Shown here: piece by piece, positions 1 through 9,141 of the stretch
Layout of the letters: the number at the start of each line of letters is the position of its first letter
Numbering within the stretch: position 1 is the stretch's first letter
Source of the DNA: a virus
Lineage: Duplodnaviria > Caudoviricetes
Strand: one strand, 5' to 3'
Length of the DNA: 38,772 bases
Virus record (IMG/VR): IMGVR_UViG_3300020043_005834
Coordinates: 1 to 38,772 of that record
Notes under the pieces: generated by a model
The model's input: the letters and a program-made list of their open reading frames with translations, nothing else
Databases searched by the model: none
What the model was told of the DNA's origin: nothing
Program-made: the position numbers and the translations under genes

Positions 1-27
1 TTCTGTTTTTCAATTTTTGGATTCATA

Positions 28-843
28 TTATTTGTCTAAGTTTACCCAAGTGTTGCTATTTTTATTTTCATTAGTCCACATTATTGAATCATCAACATCA
101 TAATCTTCAGTTAGGGTTGTAGTTTCAGCTATCGATAAACTAATATTTTGGTTATCTGTTTCTGTTAGTGTTGTTGTTTCAGAAATATTAACTTCGTAAA
201 TTGGTGGAATGGCAATTAAAAATGCCCCCCAATCACTTGAAGCGTCTCCACCAGCACAAGAGAAATTTCCTGTTGCTGTTACTTCTGGTCTAGTTGCGTA
301 AGCCATACTTGCACATAGTCCACCACTTGCAACGTCATATAGTTCTGACCATGACGGGTTTGATGTAGCTATTGCATATGTAGAAATTGAATTAACATTA
401 CTTCCACCATGCCAAAATTGTAGAAGTAAGCTATTACCTCTTGAGTTTGGTGTAACTCCAGTTAACGAAGGTGTTGCGGTGTTTGTTGTTGTTCCAGAAG
501 TTTTTTCAAACAAGCTGATTATAGAAACTCCACCCGTTACTCTAAGTAATGCACAGAAGTTATTTGCTGTTCCTGGTGTGTTTATATTGAAAGAAAATGT
601 TGAAGCGGCAACATCTGAAGAATCTGCATATTTATAACAAAGAAATGTTGAAAGGGCTGAACCAACCGTGTTTGTAAATGTTTGAAGTTCTGAAAATCCA
701 GATGGGTATCCAACCGAGTTTCCGTTTGAGGCAACATAGCCAATCATCAAATCACCGACAGCTAGTCCTGTTGGTTTTGTTACTGACGTTGAAGTAGTTG
801 ATGTCCAACCACTGTTATTTGATGACGCTATTGCAACAGTCAT
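28..843 (-). CDS. Ser/Thr-rich virion tail or decoration protein, allele A
   Basis: TKPTGLAVGDLM N-terminal motif, ETTTLTE repeats, homologous to 37427-38239, structural context. Confidence 0.7.
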   Translation of the reverse strand: MTVAIASSNNSGWTSTTSTSVTKPTGLAVGDLMIGYVASNGNSVGYPSGFSELQTFTNTVGSALSTFLCYKYADSSDVAASTFSFNINTPGTANNFCALLRVTGGVSIISLFEKTSGTTTNTATPSLTGVTPNSRGNSLLLQFWHGGSNVNSISTYAIATSNPSWSELYDVASGGLCASMAYATRPEVTATGNFSCAGGDASSDWGAFLIAIPPIYEVNISETTTLTETDNQNISLSIAETTTLTEDYDVDDSIMWTNENKNSNTWVNLDK

Positions 844-844
844 A

Positions 845-1306
845 TTAAGAGAAGGCTAATGTATAAGTGCAGGCTAGAGTTTCACCGTTCACAACAGTTT
901 TTGTGCTAGTTAATGCTCTTGATAGCATTGTTCCAGAAGATGAGGCATTAAATATTCCAATTTCTTCTACTGCAACTGTTCCTGAAGCTGTGAATGTTTT
1001 AGTTAGACTTAGTGTGTCATTTGTTACAGTTGTTGTTGTTCTTGAGGCAGTCGCAGAAGCTCTTTGTAATCCGTTAGTTGTTGTTTCGGCTCCTAGTGCT
1101 GTTTGACCTATTGCTGGAGCTGTATTTGAAGTCCCCACAGCTATGTAAGTAAATGGTGTAGCAGAAGCATCGCCAGCCAATAGAGCCAACTGTGCCTTAC
1201 CAACTGTTGTTACTAAGTTATCGACATTCCATTCATCTCTTATATTTCCATCAATTCCTCTTATTTGGAAGTGATATGTTCCTTTTAATTTTAATGTATC
1301 GTGCAT
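845..1306 (-). CDS. Virion structural protein (tail collar or fibre-associated), allele A
   Basis: NLVT..GK, YIAVGT and EIGIFNA motifs typical of phage tail-collar-like proteins; 138/153 aa identical to 38241-38702. Confidence 0.75.
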   Translation of the reverse strand: MHDTLKLKGTYHFQIRGIDGNIRDEWNVDNLVTTVGKAQLALLAGDASATPFTYIAVGTSNTAPAIGQTALGAETTTNGLQRASATASRTTTTVTNDTLSLTKTFTASGTVAVEEIGIFNASSSGTMLSRALTSTKTVVNGETLACTYTLAFS

Positions 1307-1307
1307 G

Positions 1308-1991
1308 TTATCTATAATTAATTCTTCTTGTTGATAATCTTAAATGTTCGTCCTTGTCTCTTAGTGAGTAGTAAGCCTTTAAATCGTCTTCCATTAGTGA
1401 GATTCTTTCTGATATTGAACCTAATATTGGAAGTGCATTTATAAAGGCATAATCATAGGCGTTCCAGAGGGGGATTAAACTGTGGAAAAGTGGATTGAAT
1501 CCAGGCTGTTTTGTTGTATCAGTCGTTTCAAAATAATCAGGACCTCTTTCATAGAACACTTTTAGCGAGGCTGTTTGTCCGTAATTAGGTTTAGGGTATA
1601 GGAAAATAGAGTTTCCAACCTTGTCGTAATACTGAGGAGAACCTGCTGTTTTAAGAAAATCTGTTAGGGAGGTATTGTAAAGGTCAGCTTGGTCGATTGA
1701 TTCAAGCTTAGACCAGTTTCCGTCTTGGTCTTTTACCTCAACTCTTTCTATTTGATAGTGAGTTGGGTCAAGTTCATAGTCTTGTTGGTCGGCAACAAGC
1801 AATGTCGTTGCAATAGCGTAATCTGGATTATTAGAATCATCCCATTGCCAGCGTCCCTGAGCTTGTCTTATTAATCCTGTAACTCTTTCAAGTGCTCGAT
1901 TAGAGCTTGTAGTTATATCACTAACAGAAAATGACACAGAGTTAGCCTTAACAATTCTTCTTGATTCAGTTTGTATGTCAGTATATTGCAT
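1308..1991 (-). CDS. Head-tail adaptor / tail tubular protein
   Basis: Podovirus adaptor-like pattern (LVADQQDYEL, GSPQYY, IFLYPKP, FNPLFHSLI); first gene of the tail block. Confidence 0.6.
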   Translation of the reverse strand: MQYTDIQTESRRIVKANSVSFSVSDITTSSNRALERVTGLIRQAQGRWQWDDSNNPDYAIATTLLVADQQDYELDPTHYQIERVEVKDQDGNWSKLESIDQADLYNTSLTDFLKTAGSPQYYDKVGNSIFLYPKPNYGQTASLKVFYERGPDYFETTDTTKQPGFNPLFHSLIPLWNAYDYAFINALPILGSISERISLMEDDLKAYYSLRDKDEHLRLSTRRINYR

Positions 1992-2076
1992 AAGTATATT
2001 ATGAATACTTTCATAAAAAATATATTTATGCGGACACTAGATATGTTTTATCGTTATATTTCAATAAGAAATTAAT

Positions 2077-3216
2077 CTAAGGCTTGACACTTAGCATTTC
2101 GTTGACTGTTTCATTTATATCTCCGTTTTTATACTGCCAATTTTCTTTGATAAAATTATAGGCATTTTCCCCTAGAGTTTTTCTTAGATTCTCGTCAGTT
2201 ATTAATTTATCTAAAGCTTTAAACCACCCGTCATTCTTAACAAGTAACCCAGTTTCTCCGTCTTGAATTATCTCTCTTCCTTTTAGCTCCATAAAATATG
2301 GGTACACTCGTGAGGCGATGACAGGAATTTTAAACATAGAATATTCCATCCATTTAATGTGTGATTTACATCGTGTGAAGGGTGTATCTACAAGTGGAGC
2401 AATTCCAATATCCCATGGTAAATTGGCAAGCTTCTCTGGGTATTCTTTAAATGTTTCTGTTGCTCCAACAATAGCAATTCTTTGAGCCATTTCTTCAGTG
2501 AACTTAAACTTTCTTAATAGTTTTTTAAATTCATCCATGCCCATAATTCCCAATATCTCAAAATACACATTAGAATGTTTAACCATTATTTCCTTGATGG
2601 CTGGTAGGACAAGGGCTAGGTCATCTGAGTGAGAACTAGAGCCTGTATAGCCAATAGTTATTCTATCCTTTATTTTAGAACCTTGTTTAATGTCCCAATC
2701 TTTAATGTCGTTCATGTTGGGAATAACATAAATTGGTTTTTCTATTCCATGTACGGATTTAAGGTGGGCAAACAATCTTTCTTTTAATGGCTCTGTAGAA
2801 ACAGTGAGAGCATCTGCAAATGATAGGACTGTAGAAAGCACTGCTCTATCCCATGATTTTGTCTTGAATTTATCGTAAACAGGATTAGAATTTTCCACAT
2901 CTAGGTAGTTATCATCTACATCGATGATTACTTTTTTCTTGTGTTTTTGTGCATGGTAAAAAATAGCCGCACCAGCTTTAGCATCTGCAAAATAAGAGGT
3001 CCAAAATACATCATATTGTTTAAAAATATTGTCCCATTGTTCTTGAACAGAATCTCCAAAGTTTGTTATCTCTTTACCGATAACGGTAACATCATGGTCT
3101 TTGATTTGCTCCATTACTTTTATTTGTCGATAATACCCTATCCCACCATAAGTGTTTTCTTTTTTTCTTTTAGCGTTATAAAGATAGTCTGCAAAGTTTA
3201 CAAGTATTTTAGCCAT
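2077..3216 (-). CDS. Glycosyltransferase, GT-B fold (GT4-like)
   Basis: IIDVDDNY, IGYTGSSSH..DL, DIGIAPL.D..F..CKS.IKWMEYS...IPVIAS, IQDGETGLL. Confidence 0.88.
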   Translation of the reverse strand: MAKILVNFADYLYNAKRKKENTYGGIGYYRQIKVMEQIKDHDVTVIGKEITNFGDSVQEQWDNIFKQYDVFWTSYFADAKAGAAIFYHAQKHKKKVIIDVDDNYLDVENSNPVYDKFKTKSWDRAVLSTVLSFADALTVSTEPLKERLFAHLKSVHGIEKPIYVIPNMNDIKDWDIKQGSKIKDRITIGYTGSSSHSDDLALVLPAIKEIMVKHSNVYFEILGIMGMDEFKKLLRKFKFTEEMAQRIAIVGATETFKEYPEKLANLPWDIGIAPLVDTPFTRCKSHIKWMEYSMFKIPVIASRVYPYFMELKGREIIQDGETGLLVKNDGWFKALDKLITDENLRKTLGENAYNFIKENWQYKNGDINETVNEMLSVKP

Positions 3217-3877
3217 TTTTTTTATGTACTACTATTTCTAATTCACCGCTTTGTTTGACGGCTTTTGTTTCCGTTACGTTTATGAAGAAATCATGTATCT
3301 TATTTATTCTCATTCCAACCTTATCGGCTGCGTACATGCAAGATATCTGGTCTCGTCTCGAGTGTCGAGTATATTCAGCCCACCAAGCCTCGTTGAATCT
3401 CTCAACTTTTGGTGTATGTCTTCTTATAATAATTCCACACTCACAAAGACCTTTGTGTTTTGCGTACCCCTTATCTTCATACATTTTAGCCTGTTCAATT
3501 ATTGTCTCTGGGTCATCTAATCCCATTTTCATGCAAGTTTTAGCTTCTTCGTAAAGACAATCTCGATTAGGGTGTTGATACATTGCTATATCAAAATCTT
3601 TAAGATACTTTTCAATCAAGGTTTCGGGTGTAACATTTAGTTTAATGTTCCCGTCAATGTAAATTGAATAATCACAATCAAAGTATTGGTGTGGCATTAT
3701 CTTTTGAATCCTAGAGTTTCTTCTCGGGTCTTTGAACTTGTCATATGCGGTGATATGATTCCATGTTTTACCTGTTACATTTTCCGTAAAGGCGAAAAAC
3801 TCAGCATTCCCTTTTACTTGGTCGTCAATAAGTTCATCCTTACCACCTGTTATAGACGTATAGACTACTATTTTCAT
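3209..3877 (-). CDS. Glycosyltransferase-like protein, DUF616 / TOD1-MUCI70 type
   Basis: VYTSITGGKD, YIDGN, HPNRDCLYEEA, RRDQIS motifs. Confidence 0.82.
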   Translation of the reverse strand: MKIVVYTSITGGKDELIDDQVKGNAEFFAFTENVTGKTWNHITAYDKFKDPRRNSRIQKIMPHQYFDCDYSIYIDGNIKLNVTPETLIEKYLKDFDIAMYQHPNRDCLYEEAKTCMKMGLDDPETIIEQAKMYEDKGYAKHKGLCECGIIIRRHTPKVERFNEAWWAEYTRHSRRDQISCMYAADKVGMRINKIHDFFINVTETKAVKQSGELEIVVHKKNG

Positions 3878-4644
3878 ATAAGTTTATGTTGCTTTAAAAA
3901 TTCCAACCCTGCATCTTCTTTGGCTGTGTTTTGTCCATGAGTATTTGATATATATCCCCGTTCTCCTTCAATAACGAACATAGAGACTCGATAAGAAGGT
4001 GATAGATATCCAACCATAATTTTATTATCTTCTATAAACTTCATTAATGGTTCAACAGTAGTATTCCAATCATAAAGTTCGTGGACATCTTCAGTTGTTG
4101 TTGTTTTTCCCTCTCTTGTTAATGTGGTTTTAGAAAGGTCAAACTTTCCCCCTATCTTCTCCAAGAAAGAACGTTTAAAGAACTCACACGAACCTCGTAT
4201 CCATCCTGATGGCATACCGTCAGAATTAGATAATATTTCCCAGCCCTTAGAATCTCTTAGTACAGAATTAAACCATTGGTCGTGGATGATTAAGTTATCG
4301 TCATGAGTGAATAAGAACATGTCATATTCTTTGTAATCGTGGTCATCTAGCCATTGATTTGAGTTTCCCCAATCACCAATAGTATTAGGATATTCTTTGT
4401 AGTTCCAGCCTAAAGCTTCAATTTCATCTTTAGTTATAATTCTACTGTATAATTTTTCATCCAAATAAGCTCTCGGACCTTCAAAAACTTTGTTTTTCTT
4501 TTCTTCTATTGCAAAACTTGGGTCTCGATGAGATACACAGAATAAATCCATCTTCCAATCCTTAGGAAGTTTTTGTTTTAATATGTCTTCATAAAATGAA
4601 GCGGGGTAATGCCACCCTGAGGCTACTACAGCTAATTTTTTCAT
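3874..4644 (-). CDS. Putative GT-A fold glycosyltransferase
   Basis: LFTHDDN (DxD-like) after a beta strand; lies inside the sugar cluster. Confidence 0.5.
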   Translation of the reverse strand: MKKLAVVASGWHYPASFYEDILKQKLPKDWKMDLFCVSHRDPSFAIEEKKNKVFEGPRAYLDEKLYSRIITKDEIEALGWNYKEYPNTIGDWGNSNQWLDDHDYKEYDMFLFTHDDNLIIHDQWFNSVLRDSKGWEILSNSDGMPSGWIRGSCEFFKRSFLEKIGGKFDLSKTTLTREGKTTTTEDVHELYDWNTTVEPLMKFIEDNKIMVGYLSPSYRVSMFVIEGERGYISNTHGQNTAKEDAGLEFLKQHKLI

Positions 4645-5081
4645 TTAAATGGTTTAAGTTGGAAGGTCATTTGTCTTCCGTTATCCTCTAATAATTCTAC
4701 AATGAATGGTTTGAATCCATAATGACGACCATATTGTTCAAATCTTCTATGTCCGTGTTCCATGTAGGTAAAGGATTGGTCTGTGAATCGTCTACAGTCC
4801 ATTGGGTCTTGGAATGAGCAGATATCTAATGCGTTTGGAACTCTAATTATTATTTTACCCGTTGGTTTTGTTACCCTCCAAAGCTCCGTCATAACAAACA
4901 CAAATCTATCTGGTTTTAAAATCTGACAGAGTACGTTATTGGCTAGGATTTCATCAATTTCATTATCTTGGAACGGCACGCCCTCCTCAATATCGCATTG
5001 CATGTCCCCAACATTACTAATGTCTAGGTTAATCCAACCCTTTTTATAATCTTTTCCACAGCCTATATGTAATTTTTGCAT
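4641..5081 (-). CDS. Class I SAM-dependent methyltransferase (type 11-like)
   Basis: LHIGCG motif I, WINLD, ELWRVTKPTGKIIIRVP. Confidence 0.88.
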   Translation of the reverse strand: MQKLHIGCGKDYKKGWINLDISNVGDMQCDIEEGVPFQDNEIDEILANNVLCQILKPDRFVFVMTELWRVTKPTGKIIIRVPNALDICSFQDPMDCRRFTDQSFTYMEHGHRRFEQYGRHYGFKPFIVELLEDNGRQMTFQLKPFK

Positions 5082-6091
5082 ATTTTTGCTATTTTAAGTG
5101 CATCTCTTCTTGTAACGCCGTGATGAAGTGGAATGAAAAAGTATTTATTATCAATTTCATCCATTATTGGACAATGAGACTTGAACTTTTTAAATAAAGT
5201 ATACTTGTCATTTCGGAAGTGATGTTGACCCATGTCATAACCAGCAACTCTTAGGGCTTCTTTAAGCTCTGAATAGCGGTCTGTAAAGCCTCCTGCAAGC
5301 CATATATTCGCTTCTAAGCCATGTTTCTTATAAATCTGACCTATCTCCTCTCTGTGCTTTATTAGCTTGTCTATGACCCTTAAATTACCTCGTCCAATGG
5401 CGGCTGAGATATCGTTCATGTGGAATTTATACCCTGCTTCAGTTAAGTCCGTGTCGCCTTTCTTTTGCTTTTCTTCACGGTCATAGCCGAACCACCTAAG
5501 CCTTTTAGCTTTTTCGTAGTCTTCTTTAGTTTCACAAAGAAGGATACCTCCATCTCCTGAGGTAAGTGTTTTAATCGCTTGTAAAGAGACGGCTGTATAG
5601 TTAGATTTACCCCAAAATCTCGAACCAACCGCTTGGGCTGCGTCTTCGATAAGGATAATATTTCGCTTTCTGCATATTGCAAGCAAGTCATCAAGTCCTC
5701 TGTTATTTCCCCCAAAGTGAACAAAGACAATTGCTTTTGTTTTGTCTGTGATTTTCTTTTTGACATCCTCAATATTTATATTAAGTGAATAATCTACATC
5801 AGCGAATACTATTTTCGCTCCTCTTCTAACAAGTGGAATGTTTGTAGCTGTGCACGTTAGTACAGGCACGATGACTTCATCTCCCTTTTTAATTCCAGCT
5901 AGTTCATAGGCTAACTCAAGGGCTGATGTTCCCGAGTTAAGAGCTACAGCATTTTTAACATTGAATTTCTTTTCAAATTCCTGTTCAAATGCTTTAACCT
6001 CAGGTCCCTCGGCAATTTGTGACGAGTTTAAAACCCTTAGCACGTTTTTCTTTGCCTGTTCCGATATATAAGGTTTAAATAGTTTTAACAT
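5063..6091 (-). CDS. DegT/DnrJ/EryC1/StrS PLP-dependent sugar aminotransferase
   Basis: NSGTSALELA, IEDAAQAVG, SLQAIKTLTSGDGG (PLP lysine), GYKFHMNDISAAIG. Confidence 0.95.
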   Translation of the reverse strand: MLKLFKPYISEQAKKNVLRVLNSSQIAEGPEVKAFEQEFEKKFNVKNAVALNSGTSALELAYELAGIKKGDEVIVPVLTCTATNIPLVRRGAKIVFADVDYSLNINIEDVKKKITDKTKAIVFVHFGGNNRGLDDLLAICRKRNIILIEDAAQAVGSRFWGKSNYTAVSLQAIKTLTSGDGGILLCETKEDYEKAKRLRWFGYDREEKQKKGDTDLTEAGYKFHMNDISAAIGRGNLRVIDKLIKHREEIGQIYKKHGLEANIWLAGGFTDRYSELKEALRVAGYDMGQHHFRNDKYTLFKKFKSHCPIMDEIDNKYFFIPLHHGVTRRDALKIAKICKNYI

Positions 6092-6969
6092 AAATAGTCT
6101 TTTAGCCCCTCTTCAAAAGTATATAGTGGTTTCCATCCCAACTCCATGATTCTATTATTATCCATCTGATATATTAAGTCCATGCCTGGGCGTTCACCTT
6201 TGTGGATAACGCATTTCTTTCCCGTTATTTCTTCTGCTTTTGCAATTAAGTCTTTAACTGTGAATCCGTCGTTCAAAGTTACGTTGTACACTCTGTCACC
6301 TTTCTCAAGAACTAAATCAATCATCGGTGGGATGTTCTTAACGTAAAGATATTCTCGAAATCCCTTACCTTCATCGTGTAGTGGAATTGAATAGTTACCC
6401 TCTAGGCTTTCTTTTATAGCTGGTAGTATTTTTCGTTTATCTTGTCGTGGTCCAAAGATATTGCACATTCGTATCTCGCAAGTCTTATCCTTTAACTCAG
6501 GGTATGTATTGTCATAAGCTAAACGAAGTAGCGAACCTTGTGCCTTACTCATAGAGTATGGATTCTTTGGGAAAATGATATCTGATTCTGTTTTCTTTAC
6601 ATCACATTCTCCGTAGATTTCATCTGTTGAAACGTAAAGTAGTTTCTTTAGGTTTGTGCATCGTCTTGCGGCTTCAAATACAGCAAGATTAGCGTCTGAG
6701 TTTTTTAATATGACATCTAGGGGTTGCTTAATAGATGTGTCTACGTCTGATATCGCCGCCGCATGGATAATATAGTCAGGATTGATATTAATGATATCTT
6801 CAGACGTTACACTTTTACAAATATAACTAAATGAGTAATCAATAATCTCAGGGTGTGAGCCATCTCCTTGATTGTCTATAACAGTAACGTCCCAACCCTT
6901 TTTAACAAAATATTCAGTTACGTGAGAAAAGATAAATCCAAGTCCACCCGTAATAACTATTTTAGTCAT
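6085..6969 (-). CDS. NAD-dependent nucleotide-sugar 4,6-dehydratase/epimerase (RmlB-like SDR)
   Basis: TGGLGFI, IHAAAISDVDTSI, YVSTDEIYG, NPYSMSK (YxxxK), NIFGPRQ. Confidence 0.92.
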   Translation of the reverse strand: MTKIVITGGLGFIFSHVTEYFVKKGWDVTVIDNQGDGSHPEIIDYSFSYICKSVTSEDIININPDYIIHAAAISDVDTSIKQPLDVILKNSDANLAVFEAARRCTNLKKLLYVSTDEIYGECDVKKTESDIIFPKNPYSMSKAQGSLLRLAYDNTYPELKDKTCEIRMCNIFGPRQDKRKILPAIKESLEGNYSIPLHDEGKGFREYLYVKNIPPMIDLVLEKGDRVYNVTLNDGFTVKDLIAKAEEITGKKCVIHKGERPGMDLIYQMDNNRIMELGWKPLYTFEEGLKDYLC

Positions 6970-7255
6970 ATAGTTCCTTCATTGAATCAAAGTTTTTAAG
7001 AAAATCTTCTAGTCTTGTGATTATTTCAGGTGATGAATGATGTCTTGCACTCATACCATTAGGGAATTCATAGCGGTGAGTTTGGTCGATTTCTTCTTTT
7101 ACTTCAACCGATGAGATAACAGGTAAATCATAGTTCTTTCCTTCAAATAAGATGTTAGAAAGTCCTGGTCTGTTCGGATTCTCAATAATACTAAATCGTG
7201 GGTCTAGTTTTTTTATTTCTTCAAGGAATTTATTTGTTGTCATGTAATTTTTCAA
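6962..7255 (-). CDS. Hypothetical protein (true start may be MTTNKF)
   Basis: ORF overlapping both neighbours. Confidence 0.6.
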   Translation of the reverse strand: MKNYMTTNKFLEEIKKLDPRFSIIENPNRPGLSNILFEGKNYDLPVISSVEVKEEIDQTHRYEFPNGMSARHHSSPEIITRLEDFLKNFDSMKELYD

Positions 7256-7439
7256 TAGTTTCTAAAGCATTTGTAAGTAATCCAAAAGCACTTGACGCAA
7301 TGTCTAAAGCCTTTCTTGATTCTACTTTTACAGCGTTACCATAACGGTTGCCTTCATGTTCAAAAGTGTACGCCAAAGTTCCATTATTAAAGGTGAGATT
7401 AATTTCTTCTCCCTTGAGTTCAAATATTGATATTTTCAT
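7230..7439 (-). CDS. Hypothetical protein
   Basis: ORF with A/T-rich start context directly after the capsid gene. Confidence 0.6.
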   Translation of the reverse strand: MKISIFELKGEEINLTFNNGTLAYTFEHEGNRYGNAVKVESRKALDIASSAFGLLTNALETIEKLHDNK

Positions 7440-7512
7440 AATTTATTAGTTAGTTACTTATTTTCAGTATGTATCGCCCCAGCCATACTGAATAGAAGGG
7501 GCGATAAACAAG

Positions 7513-8508
7513 TTATCCTGCGTTGTATCCGTCTGTAGCACCTGTTCTAAGGTGAATAATCCAGTTAGCATTTAGGACAACTGCTGCGAATGGAGCTTTC
7601 CATCCAACAGTAGAGTACATATCTAGTGGGTTATCCGTTGAGTTAGAACCTGGGTTCTTTACATAAATCTTAGCACCCTTGTTACTGCCTAGGTTTACCA
7701 TAGCGTAAGCGTGAGCACCAAAGATAAATGAAGAGTAAACGTTAGCAACGTTAGTTGCTGAAGTTGAGAATCCAGCTGATAGCAAGAAGTATGCATTGTT
7801 TGATTCAACGAACTCAACACCGTGTAGTTTACCTACAACACCTCTTTCGATAGCGTCAGAAGTAGTGTATCGGTGAGCGTCAAGCCATTCTGAGTTACCC
7901 ATCAAGTCCATAGCTGTGTATTGGTTTAGAATACCTCGGTATAGACTACCTGAGAACTTCATAGCTTTTTGTGTCTTCAATGTTCTTACTGCTCGTCTAA
8001 TTTCAAGTCCTGTTAGGGTATCAGTAGTGTGGATTGTAGAAAGAGCTGTTGCTCCTACTGGAATCTGTACTAGTGTTCCTGTAGCACCTGAGTAAGCGTT
8101 TGCAGAAATAAGAATTCTTCGCATTTCTTGGTCAATTGATTCTCCTGCGTTTTGTCCGTGGACAGACACGTGCTCTGTAAGACCTTCTTCAATAGAAGTC
8201 ATAGAGTATAGTGACCCTACCACAGTGTAGTTTCCCCAATCCGCCAAAACAGCAGATACTGTAGCTGCTGACATGTCAACAGGTGTTGGGTTTGCGGCTT
8301 CAGATAGAGCAGAAGTTACAATTGGTAGAGGTGTAAATCGTGTAAAGTACACAGTCTTACCGCTATTCATTGGAATGTTCTTTGTGTCTGCTCCGAAGTC
8401 GTATCTTAGTTCAAGTTTTGCTCTTTCAAGAAATACTCTGTCGTAGAATATTTGCATTGTATTGGTCAAACCTGGGTTTGAACCTTGAGCAAATGTTGTT
8501 GTACTCAT
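7513..8508 (-). CDS. Major capsid protein, N4-gp56 family-like
   Basis: FYDRVFLERAK, IPMNSGKTVYFTRF, GVVGKLHGVEFVESN, DNPLDMYSTVGWKA; follows portal and scaffold. Confidence 0.9.
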   Translation of the reverse strand: MSTTTFAQGSNPGLTNTMQIFYDRVFLERAKLELRYDFGADTKNIPMNSGKTVYFTRFTPLPIVTSALSEAANPTPVDMSAATVSAVLADWGNYTVVGSLYSMTSIEEGLTEHVSVHGQNAGESIDQEMRRILISANAYSGATGTLVQIPVGATALSTIHTTDTLTGLEIRRAVRTLKTQKAMKFSGSLYRGILNQYTAMDLMGNSEWLDAHRYTTSDAIERGVVGKLHGVEFVESNNAYFLLSAGFSTSATNVANVYSSFIFGAHAYAMVNLGSNKGAKIYVKNPGSNSTDNPLDMYSTVGWKAPFAAVVLNANWIIHLRTGATDGYNAG

Positions 8509-8524
8509 AAAGTTTTAAATAATA

Positions 8525-9040
8525 TTAGGCTCTCGGAAGTATCTTAGCTAATTCAGCAGATGACATATTTTCGAGCTGTTCAGGGGTATACTTTCGTTCA
8601 AATTCAGAGAGTTGAGAACCTCCTCCATTTTGTAGGGTGGCGTTCTCCGCCTTTCTTTGCTCCATTTTTTGTTTAAGAGCAATTGAAACGTAAGAGTTAG
8701 AATCCTTAAGGGCATCTCGTCCACCATTTCTCATGATGAAATCAACATCCTCTCGGTCATAACCGTCCCGTATGTAATCAGCGATTGTCCACATCTCATC
8801 TTTTAGTGAATCATTGTTTACTTCCGTTTTATTAATTTGAGGGGCTTTGTTCTTTGCTTCAGCCTTTCTGGTTCTCGCTAATAGACTTGGGACTGCTTTA
8901 GCTCGTTTGGTGAGCTTTTCGTAGTCTTCTCTCTTTAGTGTGATAACGTCCTCAGTATCATCATTGTCTAGTTCTAGGTCAAGGTCTAGCTCCTCGTCTG
9001 GAATTATGGCTTCCAATTGCTCGTTGTCATTATCTGACAT
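8525..9040 (-). CDS. Capsid scaffolding protein
   Basis: Acidic N-terminus, coiled coil, C-terminal LENMSSAEL, immediately upstream of the capsid gene. Confidence 0.7.
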   Translation of the reverse strand: MSDNDNEQLEAIIPDEELDLDLELDNDDTEDVITLKREDYEKLTKRAKAVPSLLARTRKAEAKNKAPQINKTEVNNDSLKDEMWTIADYIRDGYDREDVDFIMRNGGRDALKDSNSYVSIALKQKMEQRKAENATLQNGGGSQLSEFERKYTPEQLENMSSAELAKILPRA

Positions 9041-9141
9041 AATGTGTAGACAGGTTATGCTTAACTGTCATGCGTTAATGCAAGAATGTGCTTACTTGCT
9101 AGCTAATAATGTAAGTTATAGGATGCTTACTCCCCATATGA

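Larger units (their letters stand above)
1..1376. repeat. Diverged terminal duplication, copy A (partner about 37400-38772)
   Basis: Same gene order at both ends; 1256-1376 is identical to 38652-38772 (121 nt); the rest is diverged. Confidence 0.95.

Noticed and set aside
28-843. Diversity-generating retroelement or invertible tail cassette as the cause of the two alleles
   Set aside because: No reverse transcriptase or invertase seen; differences are not adenine-restricted and include indels; the copies are direct, not inverted
2077-4644. Glycosyltransferases as DNA-modifying enzymes
   Set aside because: No hydroxymethylase, TET/JBP or phage polymerase is seen to supply a modified base, and the cluster is in the structural region; not strictly excluded
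6201-6209. Perfect DnaA boxes at 6201-6209 and 11892-11900
   Set aside because: Inside coding sequence (Ile-His codons) with no adjacent promoter; probably chance
7440-7515. Stop-codon readthrough or frameshift extending the capsid protein
   Set aside because: The in-frame extension stops after 20 codons, and the frame of the next gene has a TGA before its ATG
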